From Candidatus Omnitrophota bacterium (GTDB taxonomy: Bacteria; Omnitrophota; Gorgyraeia; Gygaellales; Profunditerraquicolaceae): a DNA stretch of 64,000 nt. Positions 60,098 to 64,000 of this stretch are shown piece after piece. The translations under genes and the position numbers were made by a program. Location: assembly GCA_049517335.1 (NCBI GenBank), contig JBEKSD010000001.1:64001-128000 (forward strand), given 5' to 3'. Below the pieces are notes generated by a model. It made no database searches and was not told where the DNA came from. It was given only the letters and a program-made list of their open reading frames with translations. Every line of letters begins with the position of its first letter. Position 1 is the first letter of the stretch.

Positions 60098-62551
60098 ATG
60101 AGCGATAAGAGATTGTATCTAATTGACGCGACCGCATTCTGCTACCGGGCTTTTTATGCGCTCCCCGGTTTAACAACGTCTTCAGGCCAGCCGACGAACG
60201 CAGTTTATGGCTTTCTAAATATTCTCAATAAGGTTTTAAAAGAAAAAAAACCGCAATATCTGGCGGTTTGTTTTGACGTGTCGCGTAAGACCTTTCGTTC
60301 TAAAAAATTTGCCGAATATAAAATCCAGCGCCAGCCGATGCCGGATGACTTGATTAGCCAGATACCCCTGATTAAAGAGCTGGTTTCTGCTTACGGCCTG
60401 CCTTTATTTGAAAAAGAAGGCTTTGAAGCGGACGACATTATCGCGACCTTGGCTAAATCAGCTAAAGCCGAAGGGCTATTGGTAACGATAGTGAGCAATG
60501 ATAAGGATATATTACAGCTTGTGGATGACAAAGTTGAAGTCTTCAGCCCTTATAAAGATACGGGGGTAATTTATGATATTGAGAAAGTGCGCGAACGTTT
60601 CGACGTGTCTCCCGGCCAGATAGCCGATATTATCGCCCTAATGGGCGACAGCGTGGATAATATCCCGGGAGTTAAGGGAGTGGGCGAAAAGACAGCAAGT
60701 TCTTTAATCGCGCAATTTGGTAGCGTTGAAAAACTGCTTGAGCATCCTGAAAAAATAAAACAGGATAAATTAAAAAGCCTTATTCTTGAAAATATAGAAA
60801 TGATAAAATTGAACCGCGAGCTTGCGGTTTTATACGCCGATGTTGATATAGAATTTTCACTTGATAAAATTAAAATAGGCAGGCCCGATACAAAAGCACT
60901 CTATAGGATATTCAAAGCTTTGGAGTTCAGGAAGCTGCTTAAAGAATTCTCTCCTGAGCAGGGATTTGAACCGGCTGCCGCGGTAAAGCTTAAAGAAGAC
61001 GAATTAATCATACTTGCAGAGGAAATAAAAAATTATAATAAAGGTATTCTGAAAGATCCCAAGGTTAAAAAGATAGGCCATGATTTAAAAAAAATAAAGG
61101 TGAGCCTTGGGCAAGAGGGAGTAGCTTTTGAGGGTTTGTATTTTGATATTATGATCGCAGCATACCTCCTTAATCCTTCCCGGATGAGTTATTCATTGGA
61201 GGACGTGGCTTTTGATTATCTTAATGCATCCCCTATGGCAGCGCCAGACAGCAAGGCAGCTGAAAACATTATCGCCCGGTTAAAACCAGTATTGGAAAAA
61301 GAGCTTATTGAAAAGGATTTATTTAAGCTTTTCTGCGAACTTGAGATGCCCCTTGTTGGAGTATTATCTGAAATGGAGCTTTACGGCATAAAGATTGATA
61401 CGGATTTATTAAAGGATCTTTCTTCGCAGTTAGAGAAGAGGTTGATTAAACTGATTGAAGGCGTTTATGATTTGAGCGGGACGCAGTTTAATATAAATTC
61501 CCCCAAACAGTTAAGGGAGATCCTTTTTGAAAGATTGAAACTCCCCGTTATCAAGAAAACAAAGACCGGGCCGTCTACGGATGAAGAAGTCTTAAACAGG
61601 CTTGCTCATAAGCATAAGCTTCCCGCCCTGCTTTTGGAGTACCGCCAGTTGACTAAATTAAAGAATACCTATATTGACGCGCTGCCGGCACTTATTGATA
61701 AACGCACTGGTAGGATCCATACGTCTTTTAATCAAACCGGCACTGAAACCGGAAGGCTCAGTTCCAGTAACCCTAACCTCCAGAATATCCCGGTTAAAAC
61801 TGATATCGGCAGGAACATTAGGAAAGCAATTGTTGCCGAAGGGAAAGATTATTATCTTATATCAAGCGATTATTCGCAGGTTGAGCTGAGGATATTGGCC
61901 CATCTGTCCAGAGATGAAAAACTGATAACTGCATTCAGGGAGGACAAAGATATTCATAAGGCTACCGCAGCCTCCCTATACGATGTAGGCGAGCCGGAGG
62001 TTGATGACTCAATGCGCGAGACAGCCAAGCGGGTCAATTTCGGGCTTATTTACGGCCAGACTTCTTACGGTTTAAGCCGGGATTTAAAGATAAGCCCGCC
62101 TGATGCGCAAAATTTTATTGACGCTTATTTTATAAAATATCCCCGGGTTCGGGAATATATCAATGCACAGATAGCCACAGCAGAGGAGCGCGGTTTTGTC
62201 ACTACTATCCTCGGCCGGCGTAGGTACCTGCCGGAAATTAATAATAAGAATGCAAACATCCGCGCCTTTGCCCAGCGCCAGGCCGTGAATACTCCGATTC
62301 AGGGCTCGGCTGCGGATATGATAAAGCTGGCAATGATCCGTATCCAGGATGAAATAAGGGCGAATAACCTTAAGTCGCGCCTGGTTATGCAAATTCACGA
62401 CGAGCTGGTTTTTGAAGCGCCTAAAGATGAACTGAAAGAATTAACCTGCCTTGTGCGCCTTAAGATGGAGAATGTTTTTAAATTGAATGTTCCGATCAGG
62501 GTTGATATAAAACAGGGTAGGAATTGGCTGGAGATGGAGGCAGTCCGATAA
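60098..62551 (+). CDS. polA: DNA polymerase I
   Basis: 5'-3' exonuclease (EADD, GDSVDNIPGV), TGRLSS, DYSQVELR and QIHDEL motifs. Confidence 0.97.
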   Translation: MSDKRLYLIDATAFCYRAFYALPGLTTSSGQPTNAVYGFLNILNKVLKEKKPQYLAVCFDVSRKTFRSKKFAEYKIQRQPMPDDLISQIPLIKELVSAYGLPLFEKEGFEADDIIATLAKSAKAEGLLVTIVSNDKDILQLVDDKVEVFSPYKDTGVIYDIEKVRERFDVSPGQIADIIALMGDSVDNIPGVKGVGEKTASSLIAQFGSVEKLLEHPEKIKQDKLKSLILENIEMIKLNRELAVLYADVDIEFSLDKIKIGRPDTKALYRIFKALEFRKLLKEFSPEQGFEPAAAVKLKEDELIILAEEIKNYNKGILKDPKVKKIGHDLKKIKVSLGQEGVAFEGLYFDIMIAAYLLNPSRMSYSLEDVAFDYLNASPMAAPDSKAAENIIARLKPVLEKELIEKDLFKLFCELEMPLVGVLSEMELYGIKIDTDLLKDLSSQLEKRLIKLIEGVYDLSGTQFNINSPKQLREILFERLKLPVIKKTKTGPSTDEEVLNRLAHKHKLPALLLEYRQLTKLKNTYIDALPALIDKRTGRIHTSFNQTGTETGRLSSSNPNLQNIPVKTDIGRNIRKAIVAEGKDYYLISSDYSQVELRILAHLSRDEKLITAFREDKDIHKATAASLYDVGEPEVDDSMRETAKRVNFGLIYGQTSYGLSRDLKISPPDAQNFIDAYFIKYPRVREYINAQIATAEERGFVTTILGRRRYLPEINNKNANIRAFAQRQAVNTPIQGSAADMIKLAMIRIQDEIRANNLKSRLVMQIHDELVFEAPKDELKELTCLVRLKMENVFKLNVPIRVDIKQGRNWLEMEAVR

Positions 62552-62554
62552 TAA

Positions 62555-63940
62555 ATGAAAATAGCACTCTGCGCTTCTGAAGTCGTCCCATATGCTAAAA
62601 CCGGCGGGCTTGCCGATGTGGCAGGAGCTCTTCCGCAGGCATTGGAAAAAGAAGGCGAGGATGTGATAATCATCATGCCCAAATATAAAGGCATAGAGGA
62701 GCATTTTAAACTCACTAAAGTTTCGGATAATACAGTTTATACTTTACTTGGGAAACAAATAAAAGTTTATTTTATTGAAAACGAAGCTTATTTTAACCGC
62801 GACGCGCTTTATGGCACAAAAACGGGAGATTATGAAGACAACCTGGAGAGGTTCTCATATTACTCACGAAAGGCGCTTGCGCTGTTAAAAGAGATAAAGT
62901 TTAAAGCCGATATCATTCATGTCCATGACTGGCAGGTCAGCCTGATCCCGGTATATTTAAAGGCTGATTTGGCAAAAGACTCCTTTTACAGGAATATGCG
63001 CACGCTCCTGACAATACACAATATGGGTTATCAGGGGCTTTTTGAGAAAGATGAGTTCCCTAAGCTCGGGCTTAACTGGGATTTGTTCAGTATGGAAGGC
63101 CTGGAGTTCTTCGGCAGGGTGAATGTTTTAAAGGGTGGGATTATTTTTTCGGATATCATCAATACCGTCAGCCCTACTTACAGTAAAGAAATCCGTACTA
63201 AGCGTTTCGGGTTTGGCTTGGAGGGCGTATTAAACGAGCGCAAGGATTCTCTCTTTGGAATTTTAAACGGTCTTGATTATTCTATCTGGAATCCGGAGCA
63301 GGATAGGTTCATTGCCGGGGCATTCTCAGCCAAGAATCCGGAGGAAAAGCTTAAAAATAAAGAAGCCTTGCAAAAAATCTGCTCGCTCCCGGTTAACAAA
63401 GATATCCCTATTATCGGTATGGTTTCCCGCCTTGCGGAGCCTAAGGGTTTTGACATTATTTGCGAAGCTATTGGCGAAATATGCAGGATGAAGGCCCAAA
63501 TGGTAATCCTTGGCACGGGAGACCAGAAGTATCATGAGATATTGACACGCATCTCCGGAAAATACCCCAAATCTATCTCGTTGAATCTGAAATTCGATGA
63601 TCCTCTTGCCCATAAGATTTACGCCGGCTCGGACATATTCCTTATGCCTTCCAATTATGAACCGTGCGGCTTAGGGCAGTTGATTGCCTTTAAATACGGC
63701 AGCATACCGCTGGTTTTCAAGACCGGAGGTTTAGCCGACACCGTAAAAAAAGAAAACGGGTTTATTTTTGAAGATTATAATAAAGATGCTTTGATTAAAA
63801 CCATCAAACAGGCGCTGGATTTATTTAAAGATAAGCCGGTATGGGGTTCACTGGTTAGAAAAGCGATGCAGCTTGATTTTTCATGGGAAAAGTCAGCGAA
63901 GAAGTATCAGGAATTATATGCCAAGGCAAAAGCAAGGTAA
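62555..63940 (+). CDS. glgA: Glycogen synthase
   Basis: KTGGLADV, HVHDWQ and EPCGLGQ motifs. Confidence 0.96.
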   Translation: MKIALCASEVVPYAKTGGLADVAGALPQALEKEGEDVIIIMPKYKGIEEHFKLTKVSDNTVYTLLGKQIKVYFIENEAYFNRDALYGTKTGDYEDNLERFSYYSRKALALLKEIKFKADIIHVHDWQVSLIPVYLKADLAKDSFYRNMRTLLTIHNMGYQGLFEKDEFPKLGLNWDLFSMEGLEFFGRVNVLKGGIIFSDIINTVSPTYSKEIRTKRFGFGLEGVLNERKDSLFGILNGLDYSIWNPEQDRFIAGAFSAKNPEEKLKNKEALQKICSLPVNKDIPIIGMVSRLAEPKGFDIICEAIGEICRMKAQMVILGTGDQKYHEILTRISGKYPKSISLNLKFDDPLAHKIYAGSDIFLMPSNYEPCGLGQLIAFKYGSIPLVFKTGGLADTVKKENGFIFEDYNKDALIKTIKQALDLFKDKPVWGSLVRKAMQLDFSWEKSAKKYQELYAKAKAR

Positions 63941-64000
63941 GCCGCTAATCATCGGCATAACCGGTAACTTAGGATGCGGGAAAAGCACGGTTGCGCGCTT
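63918..64000 (+). CDS. coaE: Dephospho-CoA kinase (5' part only)
   Basis: Read manually from ATG 63918: MPRQKQGKPLIIGITGNLGCGKSTVAR, matching the CoaE P-loop. Confidence 0.8.
   Translation, partial: MPRQKQGKPLIIGITGNLGCGKSTVAR

Overview
A 64-kb, gene-dense bacterial chromosome segment in which every credible CDS lies on the + strand. Gene content (LPS/Kdo/Lpt genes, MEP pathway, a TadA/CpaF ATPase, fchA-folD-metF-acsB, a Re-citrate-synthase-like enzyme) points to an anaerobic diderm. It resembles Candidatus Omnitrophota, but that is an unverified inference. Gene order: topA(partial)-xerC; a ~18-kb LPS cluster (waaA, STAS-PilZ, lpxK, LpxL-ELM1 fusion, GT4/GT9 glycosyltransferases, DHS-like unknown, rfaE1, kdsBADC, lptC/A, lptB); tig-clpP; class V aminotransferase-serA; purA; glycogen genes; uppS-cdsA-dxr-rseP-ispG-cpaF-proS-rimP-nusA-infB-trpS-scpA-ruvB; queH-queA-tgt; trmD-rplS-rnhB; Wood-Ljungdahl genes; polA-glgA-coaE(partial). 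No rRNA, tRNA, CRISPR array or transposase was seen. The most unusual stretch is 54.4-55.5 kb. There an AT-rich, frameshifted PIN-like gene is closely bracketed by 17-bp direct repeats and sits between two ~180-235-nt imperfect fold-back elements that appear to fold on opposite strands. A third, smaller hairpin of the same style lies at 46.9 kb. Other notable points are short 7-8-bp tandem arrays inside essential genes, AcsB fused in frame to a flavoprotein-like fragment, a trigger factor lacking its PPIase domain, and apparently leaderless promoters. All structures and family calls were made by eye.
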